Shown in pieces: positions 39,250-51,756 of a stretch of DNA of 64,000 nucleotides (positions are counted from its first letter, which is position 1; every line of letters begins with the position of its first letter). The notes under the pieces are model-generated. The model was not told the origin of the DNA and did no database searches. It saw only the letters and a list, made by a program, of their open reading frames with translations. A program made the position numbers and the translations under genes. The DNA lies in assembly GCF_006345805.1 (NCBI RefSeq), contig NC_043014.1, positions 2,790,001 to 2,854,000 on the forward strand, given 5' to 3'. The DNA is from Octopus sinensis (lineage: Eukaryota).

Positions 39250-40429
39250 GTCAGCAGCAGTAATAGTGTAGCTGTACCGGCAGCAGTGGTAGTCGTAGTA
39301 GCAGCAACAGTAGTAGTAGTAGTAGTAACAGTAGTGGTGGTAGTGGTAGTAGTAGTAGTAGTAACTGTGGTGGTGGTAGTGGTAGTAGTAGTAGTAGTAG
39401 TAACTGTGGTGGTGATAGTAGTAGTAGTAGTAACAGTAGTGGTGGTAGTGGTAGTAGTATTAGTATCAGTAGTGGTGATAGTCGTAGTAGCAGCAACAGC
39501 AGTAGTAGTAGTAGTAGTAGTAACAGTAGTGGTGGTGGTGGTAGTAGTATTAGTATCAGTAGTGGTGATAGTCGTAGTAGCAGCAACAGCAGTAGTAGTA
39601 GTAGTAGTAGTAACAGTAGTGGTGGTGGTGGTAGTAGTATTAGTAGTAACTGTGGTGGTGGTGGTGGTGGTGGTAGTAGTAACAGTAATGGTGATGGTAG
39701 TAGTAGTATTAGTATCAGTAGTGGTGATAGTAGTAGTAGTAGTAACTGTGGTGGTGGTGGTGGTAGTAGTAACAGTAATGGTGATGGTAGTAGTAGTAAT
39801 AGTAACAGTAATGGTGATAGTAGTAGTAGTAACAGTAGTGGTGGTGGTAGTAGTCGTAGTAATAGTAGTAGTAGTAGCAGCAGCAGCAGTTGTGTGAAGT
39901 TACTGCAAATAGCAATAGCAGGAATGGTGACAGGAGCCGTAGTAGCAGTAGCAGCAGCAGCAGTAGTAGTAATAGTAATAGTAGTAGTAGTAGTAGTAGC
40001 TGTGGTGGTGGTGGTGGTGGTGGTGGCAGTTGTATATACGAAATAGCAGAAGTTGTAACAGCAGCTGTAGAAGTAATAGTGGCGGTGGCGGTGGTAATTG
40101 TAGTGGTGGCGGCGGTGGCGGTGGTGGTGGTGGTGGTAATTGTAGTGGTGGCGGCGGTGGCGGTGGTGGTGGTGGTGGTAATTGTAGTGGTGGCGGCGGC
40201 GGCGGTGGTGGTGGTGGTGGTAATTGTAGTGGTGGTAGTGGCGGCGGTGGGGGACCTACACCTAAAAGCAAGCAACAGTTTTAGTGGCAACAGCAACAAC
40301 CCAAGTAGTAGCAGTAGCAGCAGCAGCAGCAACGGTAGAGAAATGGGGGAGAGGAGAAGGAAGGTGAGTTCAACTGTACAAGTAGTAGTAGTAGTAGTAG
40401 TAGTAGTGACAGTAGGAGTAGAAGCAGCA

Positions 40430-40463
<34 letters not shown>

Positions 40464-40625
40464 TACAGGATCTACAATTATGGTAAAAGTAATGATAGAG
40501 TTAATAGTAATAGTAGTAGTGGTATTAGTAACAGAAGTTGCCATTATAGGAGGTGCAGTAGTAGTAGTAGCAGCAGCAGTAGTAGTAGTAGTAGTAGTAG
40601 TAGTAGCAGCAGTAGTAGTTTAGGA
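39250..40625. repeat. 1.4-kb compound (GTA/GTG/GCA/GCG)n array with ~90-bp and ~42-bp higher-order repeats
   Basis: Direct inspection; explains the poly-V/T/L/G/P ORFs. Confidence 0.95.
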
Positions 40626-41014
40626 GTGTGGTAGTACAATTTTAAAGGAAAACGGACATTCAGGTTATTAGATAGCATAGACAAGATGTGGTGTTGAGGT
40701 ATTCATGCCTTTCTCAAAAGCTATTGATGAAAGCAAAGCGTCATGACATGAAGTGAAGTTTCAATCATCCAGGAGTTGTAGCTAGTGTTGTGAACAGGGA
40801 GCTCATGTTTTCTTAAGAAAAGCTAAAACGAATATAGGCGCAGGTGTGGCTGGGTGGTAAGAAGCTTGCTACCTAACCACATGGTTCCGGATTCAGTCCC
40901 AGTGCATGGCACTTTAGGTAAGTGTCTTCTACCATAGCCTCGGACCGACCAAAGCCTTGTGAGTGGATTTGGTAGATGGAAACTGAAAGAAGTCTGCCGT
41001 ATGTATATATATAT

Positions 41015-41056
<42 letters not shown>

Positions 41057-41409
41057 ATATACACCGGAGTAAACACATAAATGTGAAACAAGGTGGAAAA
41101 AAGAGTACTCAAATACCAGTGGTAGAGTAATATGCAAAGTATATATATATATATGAATATATCTATTTGGCATTAGGAAGGGCATCCAGCCGTAGAAACA
41201 CTGCCAGATCAGACTGGGCCTAATGCAGCCTTCTGGCTTCTCAGACCCCAGTTGAACAGTCCAACCCATGCTAGCATGGAAAGCGGACGCTAAATGATGA
41301 TATATATATATATACATATACATATACATATATATACATATACGTATATATATATACACACATATATATATATATATGTATATATGTGTGTGTCTGTGTT
41401 TGTCCAGCC

Positions 41410-41636
41410 AAGAGAATTGCTTTCAAATGTTCATTGTTTGATCTCCTGGTTTCACATTCTTCATTTTTGAAAATGTTTGCTCACAGACATAAGTTGTTCC
41501 AAACACTGATGCCATATCAGAGGCAAACGAACTCTCATTGCAGGTACTTACCCAAAAGTCACAGTGTAGTGGTGGGCCAGATGAAGTGACTTCCTGAGCT
41601 GGATCTGGCCTGTGGGCTGTAGTTTGGTGACCCCTG
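41410..41636 (-). mobile_element. Internally deleted hAT (Charlie/SPIN-like) element: TIR plus dimerisation-domain remnant
   Basis: CAGGGGTCACCAAACTACAGCCCACAGGCC terminus; MASVFGTTYVCEQTFSKMKNVK hAT C-terminal motif. Confidence 0.75.
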
Positions 41637-44600
41637 GCTCTAAGGTTATAGCAGAAATCACTAGCCTCAGGTACCACACAGTAGGACTGAACCTTGAATC
41701 ATTTGGCTGGGAAGCAAATTTCTTACCAAAGAGCCACTTCTGCAGTGCATTAAAAATGTAATATCTGAAGCAATCCCGGTCCATCTTCACCTATGGGACC
41801 CAGGGTGAATTTTTTAGAGACATTTTTTTATTTGGTAAAAATGTGCATCTTACATACCGTTGAATACATCTGTTGTTTCTAATTTAGGTATAAGGGAATC
41901 GATTTTGAAGGGAGGGGCAATCTGGTTGACTTCATTAGCTCCAGTAATTAACTGGCACTCTGTTCTTATCAAGCTCGAAACGATGAAAGGCAAAGTTGAT
42001 TCTGGCAAAATTTGAACTCTGAACATAGAGAACTGAAAGAAATACTGTAACACATGTCTTCTTTCTCTGATGCTCCAACGATTCTAACAGCTTGTTAATT
42101 TAGCCCTTAATTTGCATTCAGACCAGCAATGTTCAGGCCCAAATATTCTACCTGTTTTGTGTTCAAACTAACCAGATCAGACCTCTCTTAGCTACCCTGC
42201 AATGTCATTCTAAAAGTAAACAAATTTATCATTGAAATCTCAAAGCTTACGAGATAATGTATGATTAATTCAAAACAATTGAATGGAGGGAGCGTGTGGG
42301 AGAGGTAGACCCAGGAAGACATGGGACGAGGTGGTGAAGCATGAAGTTTGTATACTGGTGGAATTTCTCACCCAGAACACGGTTTACTTTGAACATACAA
42401 AATTTCACACTGTTTAGTTAAAAAAAAATAATTAAAAAATCTGTGTGCCAAACTGAACAGATCCCATAAATCATTTGTGTGGCTGTTATTTCCAGCAGGT
42501 CAGAGCAACCAAGATTTTCAAATGTTGACCCTCACAGAGGCAATGTTTGGTGACCAAGGCCTTTGACGATGTGCTGTGCAGGAGAGGACTCATCAAGCCA
42601 AGTGAACTGGTGGCGCACAAAAAACCTCACAGAGGCAAAGTGTCTGAGTTCTTTTGGAGCATTGGGCCTCATGGAGGCAATGATCAAGACCTTTGGCAAT
42701 ATGTTGTGCTCGAGAAAACCCATCAAACTTAGCAAAATCGCAGTTGTGGCAGATGATGGTGTCACGCATATGGCACGTAAATGCACCTTGGTGTCACGCA
42801 AATGGTACCCGTGCTGGTGTCATGTAAAAGCACCCATTACACTCTCAGAGTGGTTGGTGTTAGGAAGGACATCCAGCCATAGAAAACCATGGCAAATCAG
42901 ACTGGAGTCTGGTGCAGCCTTCCAGTGTGCCAGCCCTGGTCAAACCATCCAACCCATGCCAGCATGGACAACAGACATTAAATGATGATGATGATGATGA
43001 TGAATAAATAAGCATTACATATGATGGAGTATTCTGAATGCTAAAGTGTTTAACTGACCATATCTGGTCCAAATCTTCTACTTGTTTTATTTTTCAAACC
43101 GGCCAGATTTGGCCCCTCACACCTACCCTACAACTATCATTCTAAAATAAAACAATCACATCATCAAAATCTCAAAGCTGCAAGATAGTATTTGATTAAT
43201 TTGGCCAGTGACAGTGACATGTGACAGGCTCCCAGTCCACTCTGTAGAGTGGTTGGCATTAGGAAGGGCATCCGGTCGTAGACACCATGCCAAAACAGAC
43301 AATTGGAGCTTGGTGCAGCTCTCTGGCTTAGCAGTTCCAGTCAAACTGTCCAACCCATGCCAGCATGGAAATGGATGCTAAATGCTGCTGCTGTTGTTGT
43401 TGTTAAGCAACAAGATGGGTAAGGGTGATTAGGTGATGAACTAGGGCTTAGGGGCAGGGGAGACCCCAGACCATGGAAAAAAACCAAAAAAACTTTGGTC
43501 GTTTTGTTGTAGTCGAGGGCTCTTCGTTGATGCCTAACACCACTGAGAGGTGGCCCTCAGAGTCGCTGGAAATGGAGATCTCCAGATCCAAATTCTTGGA
43601 CAGCTGCTGCTGCTGATGATGGTGGTCGTGGTCATGGTGATGGTGATGATGATGGTGGTGATGATGATAGTGATGGTGATGATGATGATGATGGTAATAA
43701 TGGTAGTGATGATGATGATGCATTTGACCGAATAATCTGAGTGCTAAAGGGTTAAGTTTCTTACTTGGGCAGACAGAAGGTCAGTTTTTTTAAAACAAGG
43801 GACTTAGTCAGGGGAATTGTTCCTAGAACTTGACTGGTACTTTATTTTTTCGAGCCCCAGAGGGAAGAAAAATGAAGTTGACGTTGGTAGGATTTGAACC
43901 TAGGATGTAAAGAGCTGCAACAAATACTTCAAAGCATTTTATCTGACACTCCAAGGATTCATCCAATCTGCCAACCCTTATAACGATATCATCATCATCA
44001 ATTTAATGTCCACTTCCCCTTGCTTGCATGGGTCAGACAGAATTTGTCAAAGCAGATTTTTTCGCAGCTGGATGCTCTTCCAGTCACCCACCAAACTCTG
44101 CCTATTTTCCAAGTAAGGTAATATTTGTGGTGGTTGTGTTGAACCTCGTAACTGGTTAAATCGGAATACAAAGAGTTGGAGTAAATACCAAAAGGTATCT
44201 GGTTTAATGTTTTAAGAATTGTGTCAGTGTGATTTTATCTATCGTCACTTCTGGGAATTGAACTCAAAATGCAAAAGGCCAGAATATATGTTACAAGATC
44301 TTTTATCTGTTGCTCCAACAATTCTTTGACTTGGCTGAAAAATTTCCCGCTTCTTTGTCATCCCTTTGTTATTAATTCCAAACTTACTCTGTTCCTGAAG
44401 GTGATTCTAAGACTAATGAACTCCTTAACCTGTTAGTTCAGCCACCTACTCTGAAGATATGAAATAGAAAGGATAAGATAGAAGGAGAAGAGGGAATGGA
44501 AAAGCAGAAAGAAGAAAAGGTAAAGAGAGAGAGAAGACAATTTTGTTGAACAGGCAGTTAACCCATAGTTGCCTGATCTGCTGGAAATAGCAGCCAAAAC

Positions 44601-45403
44601 TCACAAGTACATTAGCATTTACAAAATGTAAAAAGCTATATCGAACAATATAATTTCTGATATACAATCAACAGGACTGTCACAGTTGGAATGTCTCTTG
44701 CCATACTTTTATTCAGCTACAACTGATCTGGGAACACACAGCATCAACAAAGATTCTTTCAAGCCAATGACATTCAAACTTTGTATACTGGTAGAATTTC
44801 TCACCCAGAACACGGTTTACTTTGAACAAAGTTTCAAGCTGTTTAGTTAAAAAGAAAAATTACAGTTCTATATTTAAAAGATGAGGAATTATGTACATTA
44901 TTTACAAATGACTAAAACAAATAAAAGAATATATATATATAAACAAAACAAAAGATATTCATAAGAAATTGGTTGTTTTTATTGATGGGATAATATCAAA
45001 AATTAAATCAATTATTTTCAAGACAATCAGAAAAGAAAAAAAAAATCTTTCAAGTAATTAATAATAATTTTATAAAAGTTCTCTTTAATATAGGTACAAA
45101 GCAGTTTTGAGGGGTGAAAGTTAGTCGATAGCAGAGTCTCAGTACTTTACTGATGCTTTAATTTATCGACCCCGGAAGGATGTCAGGCGAAGTTGACCTT
45201 GGCGGGATTTGAACTCAGAACGTAACTGAATGCCGTAAGAAAGTTGTACTGACAACAGTTCCACATACAACGGGGAATGTTGCCAATCAGGGGACACTTT
45301 GCTCGTAGCACCTCAGGCCCAAATTTGAAACTGGCCCTACAGAACATAAAAACATGAAACGCAAAAGGAATAATAATAATAATAATCCTGCAAATTAATT
45401 TTT

Positions 45404-46186
45404 CTATGTGGAAGTCAATTCAAGGATACAATCGGTGCCTGGAAACATTGGCAGATTGAGATCGTATTTTCGTTCAAGATCTTGTGGGACAAACCTGCCC
45501 CCTAAGTAATGGGTTCGACCTCGGAAGTGTTTGGCACACAATTTCGGTGCCGTCAAAGAGACGAGGGTATCGGGCTGGAGCCCATCTTCAGCGCCTGTCT
45601 CCACATCCCACCCCGACGGCACGTCCACGCTCAGTATGGGGCAGCTGACTCTCTTAAGCAAGTCCAAAACCGGAGCGAATGTCCCACGGACCGGACCTTT
45701 GAAACTAAAACCAAATATGGCATCGATTATCAAACCGTATTTGCCATCGATGTCCCGTTGATCGGTGGGGAAACTGTCCAAGAACTGTAGATTCATTTTC
45801 TCACATTGGAGCCGCAGATTTTTAAAGAGGGGTTTATCGGGACACTTGGGGTAGAATATGGTCGGTTCGCTGCCGAACATCTTCAGGTGTCTGGCACAGA
45901 CCAAGCCATCTCCTCCGTTGTTTCCAGGACCGCAACAAATGAGGACCGAAGCTCCTTTCAAGAGTGAAGGGTAACTCCGGCCGGCGGCTAAGGCACAGCT
46001 GTAACCGGCCAATTCCATCAACTGGTCAACACTGAATCCGTATGTAGTGAATAATTCCTGGTCGATGTTTTGGGCTTCTTCTTGGCGAAGAAATCGAAGT
46101 TTAGCGCTGGAAGTCATGATGGATCGAAGCTGAGAAGGTCTTGTCAAAGATCGCCAACAAAACTGGGAGAATATTTGCGTCAACAT
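45404..46186 (-). CDS. NAXE: NAD(P)H-hydrate epimerase (YjeF_N; AIBP/APOA1BP), intronless
   Basis: Motifs [52 protein letters not shown]; N-terminal R/S-rich acid-free presequence; intact 260-aa ORF. Confidence 0.95.
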   Translation of the reverse strand: MLTQIFSQFCWRSLTRPSQLRSIMTSSAKLRFLRQEEAQNIDQELFTTYGFSVDQLMELAGYSCALAAGRSYPSLLKGASVLICCGPGNNGGDGLVCARHLKMFGSEPTIFYPKCPDKPLFKNLRLQCEKMNLQFLDSFPTDQRDIDGKYGLIIDAIFGFSFKGPVRGTFAPVLDLLKRVSCPILSVDVPSGWDVETGAEDGLQPDTLVSLTAPKLCAKHFRGRTHYLGGRFVPQDLERKYDLNLPMFPGTDCILELTST

Positions 46187-47316
46187 TCAATGTTTTCTCT
46201 TTTTTGTCACCGATTTTGGCATCAATCGAAGAACAAAACGTGCAAATACGAAAGTACCAACAAACAACACCGATTCGTATAACCGGTGTCAGGGTATAAA
46301 AAGTCTACCATTAATGATGTTCTGGTTATCATTGGATTCCCTTTTACTCTTTTATTTGTTTCAGTCATGTGACTGCGGCCATGCTGGAGCACCGCTTTTA
46401 GTCGAAGAAATTGACCCCAGCAAGTAGCCCTGTACTTATTATATCTGTTTTTTGCCGAACCGCTAAGTTACGGGGACGTAAGCAAACCAGCATCGTTTAT
46501 CAAGCGATGATGGGAGTGGGGGGCAATACAGACATACAAATATTTACACACACACACATATATTGGCTGTGCTCCAGCATGGCCACAGTCATTGACTGAA
46601 ACATATAAAAGAATATATATATATACGACGGGCTTCTTTCAGTTTCCATCAACCATATCTATTCACAAGGCTTTGGTCGTCCCGGGGCTATAGCAGAAGA
46701 TACTTGCCCAAGGTGCCACGCAGTGGGAATGAACCCAGAACCATGTGGTTGGTAAGCAAGCTACGAGAAATGTTTAAAAGAGTAATTGCATTGGCATAAA
46801 TGCAGTTACGGGAGTGGAAATACAGTAAAACAACTTTCGCAGCGACTTTGAGGGATTCTTTGGTAAATTGAAGATATGCGTCGACCAGAAAATGGTGATG
46901 GCAAGACATGGCATTTGTGGGGTTAAGAGTGAAAGGAAGGAAGGAAGGACATTGGTTTCTTGACATAGTTTTAGAATAATGTTCTAAATAAAACAGTGTG
47001 GTAGGGTCCTAGGATAATGTCCTGAACGAAAGCTACAAAGCAGAGTCCTAGATTAGTGTCCTGAATAAAATAGGGGAATGGTTCTGTATACAGATGTGAA
47101 TGTGTGTGTGTGTGTGCGTATGTTTGTTTGTGTGTGTTAGTACGTGTGCCCATGTGCGTGTGTATGCGTGTGTGTGTGTCTTCGCGCGCGCATGTTTAAA
47201 AAAAAGTTACGTATATTTTTTTAGAATTACAAACACAGAAATTTAAGTCGGAAATTGGAAAATAAATAAGAGGAGTGAAAATTGAAAATTTATAGAAGAA
47301 GCGAAAAGGTCAAAAA

Positions 47317-47492
47317 TTTTTCCCGCCAAGAAACAGCCTGGCGCACTTGATAATTTCTGACTCTATTCTACAGGAATGTTCAATAAAACACTTTAAAAAA
47401 ACACAAAGAAACCAATTTATTTTGAAATAAAGAACTAGGAGCAAATCAGCTGGAAGCCCTAATCTCCAAAACCTCCCCTCTTTTCCCGCCAA
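47317..47492. promoter_or_regulatory. Two E2F-type sites (TTTTCCCGCCAA) in a candidate promoter
   Basis: Identical 12-mers at ~47318 and 47481, 1.1-1.3 kb upstream of NAXE. Confidence 0.45.
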
Positions 47493-48429
47493 GTTTAATC
47501 AGGTTGGTATGTAATGCAAGGGAAATAATTCAGTGTAACACGAATACTCATGAATTTTCTCCCTTGTTGCTTTTCTCTCTCTTCGTTCATATTGTGACGG
47601 AAAAATGGATAAATTTTGGTTTAGACCATTTAAAATGATTTTCCTTTTATTTCATTTCTTTTTACTTGTTTCGGTCATTGGACTGCGCCCATGCTGGGGC
47701 ATCGTCTTAATTAAAAGACCGCATCAGATTAGAAGCTCGCTTTACAAGCACGTAGTTCCAGGTTCAGTCCCACTGCGTTGCACCTTAAGCAAGGGCTTCT
47801 GTCATAGTGGTGGGTCGATCAATGCTTTGGAAGTGAATTTAGTAGACGGAAACTGTGGGGAAGCCCGTTGTACATACAAACATACATCCAGTGTTGGTTT
47901 GTTTACGTCCTCGTAACATTAGAGGTTCGACAAAAGATAACTAACAGATTTTAAAGTTATGTTCTGGGATCGATTCTTTCGACTAAAATTCTTCAAGATG
48001 GTACTCCAGCATGGCCGCAATCCAATGACTGAATCCAGTTCAAAAAGGTAAAAAGAAAAGAGTAAAAAAACGATAAAGGAATGTAAAAAATCAACAAAAA
48101 CAAAAAAATAAGCAGTCAGTATATAAATAGATAAATTAGATTAATTTTAGTCGAGGTGTGTCGAGTGTATGGTACTGAAGAGCTGTTTTGATAGCGAAAA
48201 TGTCGATGTCCATCATTCTCGTTCAATTCGGAGCGAGTCGTCTCGCCTGGTTTGTTCTTTAACCCTCGGCGTCGTATGGGGAGATTTCCCAGGACGTTAT
48301 CGCGTAGGGAATTGGCGTACAAACAAAAATACATGCCCTATGTGAGTGCAGCGACCGATACAGTATATGAACGAACGGGGGTATACAGGGTCTCTCAATG
48401 ATAACTCAGACCAAGGGATACTGAGGCTC

Positions 48430-48590
48430 GCATCATCGTTGGCGGCTCGCCTCACCACGGTGACAGGTGACGTCCGTGAGGATCTTGGTTGATCCAACGC
48501 CTTAACCTCGACATCGCCCGTGGTAATGCAGCGATTGTGCTGGCTTGCTTCAGTAGGATCCGTTCAACCTTGCGCTTGGTGTTGAATTAA
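48430..48590 (+). mobile_element. CRE-like non-LTR retrotransposon 3' remnant (restriction-like endonuclease C-terminus)
   Basis: With one frameshift reads LAARLTTVTGDVRE-SWLIQRLNLDIARGNAAIVLAC, matching the recalled TGD-R---L-QRLS--I-RGNAA motif. Confidence 0.55.
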
Positions 48591-48779
48591 TATTTTTCTC
48601 TCTTCCTCTTCATTTTTTTCTTCTTGCTTTTTCTTTCCTCGTCCACGTTTGGATATTCTTCGCTTTTGGATTTGGATTTTAATGTGATTTTGTATTTCTA
48701 TGTATATCTAATTCTATTAAATGTAGTTTTATATTTCTATATGTATCATCAACATATGTGTTATACATAAGAAATCGTT

Positions 48780-48955
48780 ACACTACACACATTTTTTTCT
48801 CTCCTTGTTTTTTTCTGTGTCCCTTTCTGTAGAGGAGCGTAGGCTCGAAACGTAAAAGACTTTTTCTATTCCTGAGCGCTATATTAATACTTCTGTTTGT
48901 TTTGTACACCACCTGTCTTCGTCCTTTGTTTTTTTCGTAAACTCTCCCTGTTATA
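48780..48955 (+). mobile_element. Penelope-like terminal repeat fragment with hammerhead-like motif (second copy ~55715-55880)
   Basis: Two related copies; cttt-CTGTAGA-g-gagc gtag gctc-GAAAC-GTA-aaag. Confidence 0.55.
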
Positions 48956-49753
48956 CATGTAATTTTCATTAATATGTTGGTGTAAGAGAAATTGTTTCGA
49001 GTCTATGTTGGTAGAAATCGTTAGCGCATCGGAAACAGTGTATGAGCGCCTACATTTTATGTTTTGGGTTCAAATGCTGCTGAGATCAAGTTTATTGTTT
49101 ATCTTTTCGGAGTTGTACTGCAGTCAGTGGTATCGACAAACCCGTTTCACCAAATTCCCGGCCTTGCGCTTAAATTAGAAAAATTCAGGGAAAAAGGTTC
49201 AAGGGAGGTAACTGCACCCTTCCCATCGATATTTCGTACAGTTAACGAAATGTCTGATTTTTGCATGTATGTATGTGTGCGCGGATATAAATATAAAGAA
49301 CTGACAAAATTTTGAATAGAAAGATTTAATATCTTATTAAATATGTTTTAGTATAAAGACAGCGATCAAAACTAATTATTATCTAAATAATTGCAAATAA
49401 CAAAGTTAATTAATTCACATCACGTAATTACGACGTATAAATAATTAATCATCTCTTCATTCTGTCTTCCATTTGACATTTGAGATAGAGCAGAGTAAAT
49501 TAATATTTTATAAATATTGTCATTTGATAAACAGATTCAAATAATTTTCTTTACGTGGGAATGGAGAAAATATTAAACCTTTTGATGCCAACCTGTCAAA
49601 GACTGCTTCGAATTCTTAACGACAAAGTTATTTTGGTAAATTCTTCGCTGTAATTGGAATTAATAGGAACAAAGGCAGAAATATGGTAACAAAAGGGTCG
49701 AAGTGAACTAAACGTACTTGTTGCTCCCCCCCTCTCTCTCTATATATATATTT

Positions 49754-49908
49754 ATCAAAAATAAGCAACAAGAATGACTCCTATATAATTGGCTGATGAG
49801 CACTCAACATCTTAAATCTGCTGTAATACTTACAACTTTTAATAAAATGTTGTAGTGTGAAACAATCGTACCAAATTACCGGAGTCATTCTTGTTGCTTA
49901 TTTTTGAT
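49754..49908. mobile_element. 155-bp MITE with perfect 28-bp TIRs
   Basis: atcaaaaataagcaacaagaatgactcc ... ggagtcattcttgttgcttatttttgat; TSD unclear. Confidence 0.75.
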
Positions 49909-50074
49909 TATAATCACCCCGCAAATTTTTATGGATAACACCATACAAAATTCTGGTGCATCTAAATTAAGTACCACATTCATTTGAATCTAAATTGTTG
50001 CTGAACTTATAATTCCATACAATGTGTATATATGGCTAAGGCCATGCTGGGGCACCACTTTTAGCATAATTGTT

Positions 50075-50460
50075 ATTTCCAGAACTGTTTCTGGTGAAGA
50101 AGCGAGTTGGACAGAGTTGCGCTTCTTCGTGTCTGCTGCTGCGATGTGGGTTCATCTGGTGACACATAAAAATTTGTTGAAACGTTCTTTGAATACCTCC
50201 GCATTTATACCTCTCAAATCTCAGGTTGTTTGGCAGAATGATGAAAAAACCCATTGAAACTTAAGCTGTTACAGTACTCGGTCCTTATTCCAGATGGAGA
50301 AGAAGACCGGATCTTTGGTATTATGCCGATCCATACAGTTCGATGGTTGGTACAGCTTCCAATGACCAAGTTAGGAGCTAGACTTTCCGGGATCTTTCAT
50401 ATCTATATCACAGCATATCTTTCGCGTTTTCTCTCTAAATAAGATTCTAGCCACTTATTT
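50075..50460 (-). mobile_element. Degenerate CR1-group LINE ORF2 C-terminus (second family)
   Basis: LERKRERYAVI*I*KI..LAPNL..NSLSFNG..ILP..LR..VFK..DEP..SNSLLHQ with stops and frameshifts. Confidence 0.75.
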
Positions 50461-50771
50461 ATAATTTATTTTTAATCAACACACACCAAAAATATTTCGA
50501 AAACGTCCCAAATAGCACGCTAAAGTACTCTGCTAGGCTTTAATGGTTCTGGTTGCCTCTAAATAAAATCGAACCTCTGATGTGTAGCACATGAGTTACT
50601 TCCCCTGGCTAATTACTTTCAACAATTGATTTTCCGAATCGTGCAGGAATAATTAATTGCTTGTAATTTTGGCCCAGGACTAGTAATTAATTCTGTGGAG
50701 CGGGATGGGGTTATTTGCTTCAATTCTTTCAAGCAGAGAAAATATCGGGCTAGTGAGATGGTGGAGAGGCC

Positions 50772-51486
50772 ACTAATATTTTAGGACACTGTTATATTCT
50801 CTGATGAGTCCAGATTTGCTGTATTTTCTGACAGTGGTCAAGTGTGGGTCTGGAGACTCTGTGACCAAGAATTTGATGTGAAAAGACTGCAGCCAACAAT
50901 GAAACATGGTAGCTATTCTGTGATGGTCTGGAGAGCAATTTGGAGCAATGGTCGATCGGAGCTTGTAGAGTGTGAGGGAAACATAAACTCAGATAAATAT
51001 GTGTCCATATTGCAGAAAAGACTCCTTCCAATCTTGTCCAGTGGTGAAATGATTAAAGAAGACTCTTTATTTATGGAAGATGTGGTTCCTTGTCACACGG
51101 CTAAAAAAGACCCAAGACTGGTTGGAAGAGAAAGGCATTAAAAGGCTTCCTTGGCCAAGCCAGTCACCAGATATGAACCCTACTGAACACTTCTGGGACA
51201 TAATGGACAGAACACTTCATAAAAAGAGAAAGATAGCATCCTCAAAGCCAGATCCTTTGAGATCACTGCATGAAACTTGGCAAGAAATTCCTTGAGAGAA
51301 TATTCGTCATCTGATCAGTAGCATGCCTAATAGGGTCCTTGCATTTGGAAAATGCAACGGGCATGTCTACCAAATATTAGATATTCACATTTTAATAATC
51401 CATAAATAATTCGAATGTTTATAATTTTAGATTTAAATACATTTTAACAATTATAAAGGTGTCTATTTACTTCTGTCATGTCTGTG
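50772..51486 (+). mobile_element. 5'-truncated Tc1 transposon; DD34E transposase pseudogene with right end
   Basis: VIFSDESRF..VMVW..FMED VVPCHT/WLEEKGI..WPSQSPDMNPTEH..STKY*; 34 residues from D to E after frameshift correction; ends ...ctgtg|TA. Confidence 0.88.
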
Positions 51487-51756
51487 TATATGTACCACGC
51501 ACACACACACATGGAATTAAGTAAGTTAAAGGGTAAAAATAATTACATAGTCACCTTCATTAGCCTACAGTTGTTTCTGCTATAAGATGTAGTGTACGAA
51601 GAGCTGGGGCTTGTGCATCACCTTATAGCTTCGTCAGAGCTGCCAAAATTTGTGTGTAGGTAAGAACACGCGTGCACACACATACACACACACACACACA
51701 CATGCATGCACATGCACACTCACAGAAGCACACACACACATACACACATACACACA

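Noticed and set aside
39251-40544. Long poly-Val/Thr/Leu/Gly/Pro ORFs, including a mucin-like Thr-rich frame
   Set aside because: Trinucleotide arrays are open in most frames; no signal peptide, domain or splice support
46970-47090. Three degenerate ~39-bp repeats with variable spacers (CRISPR-like look)
   Set aside because: Repeats are too divergent, there are only three units, the context is eukaryotic and no cas genes are present
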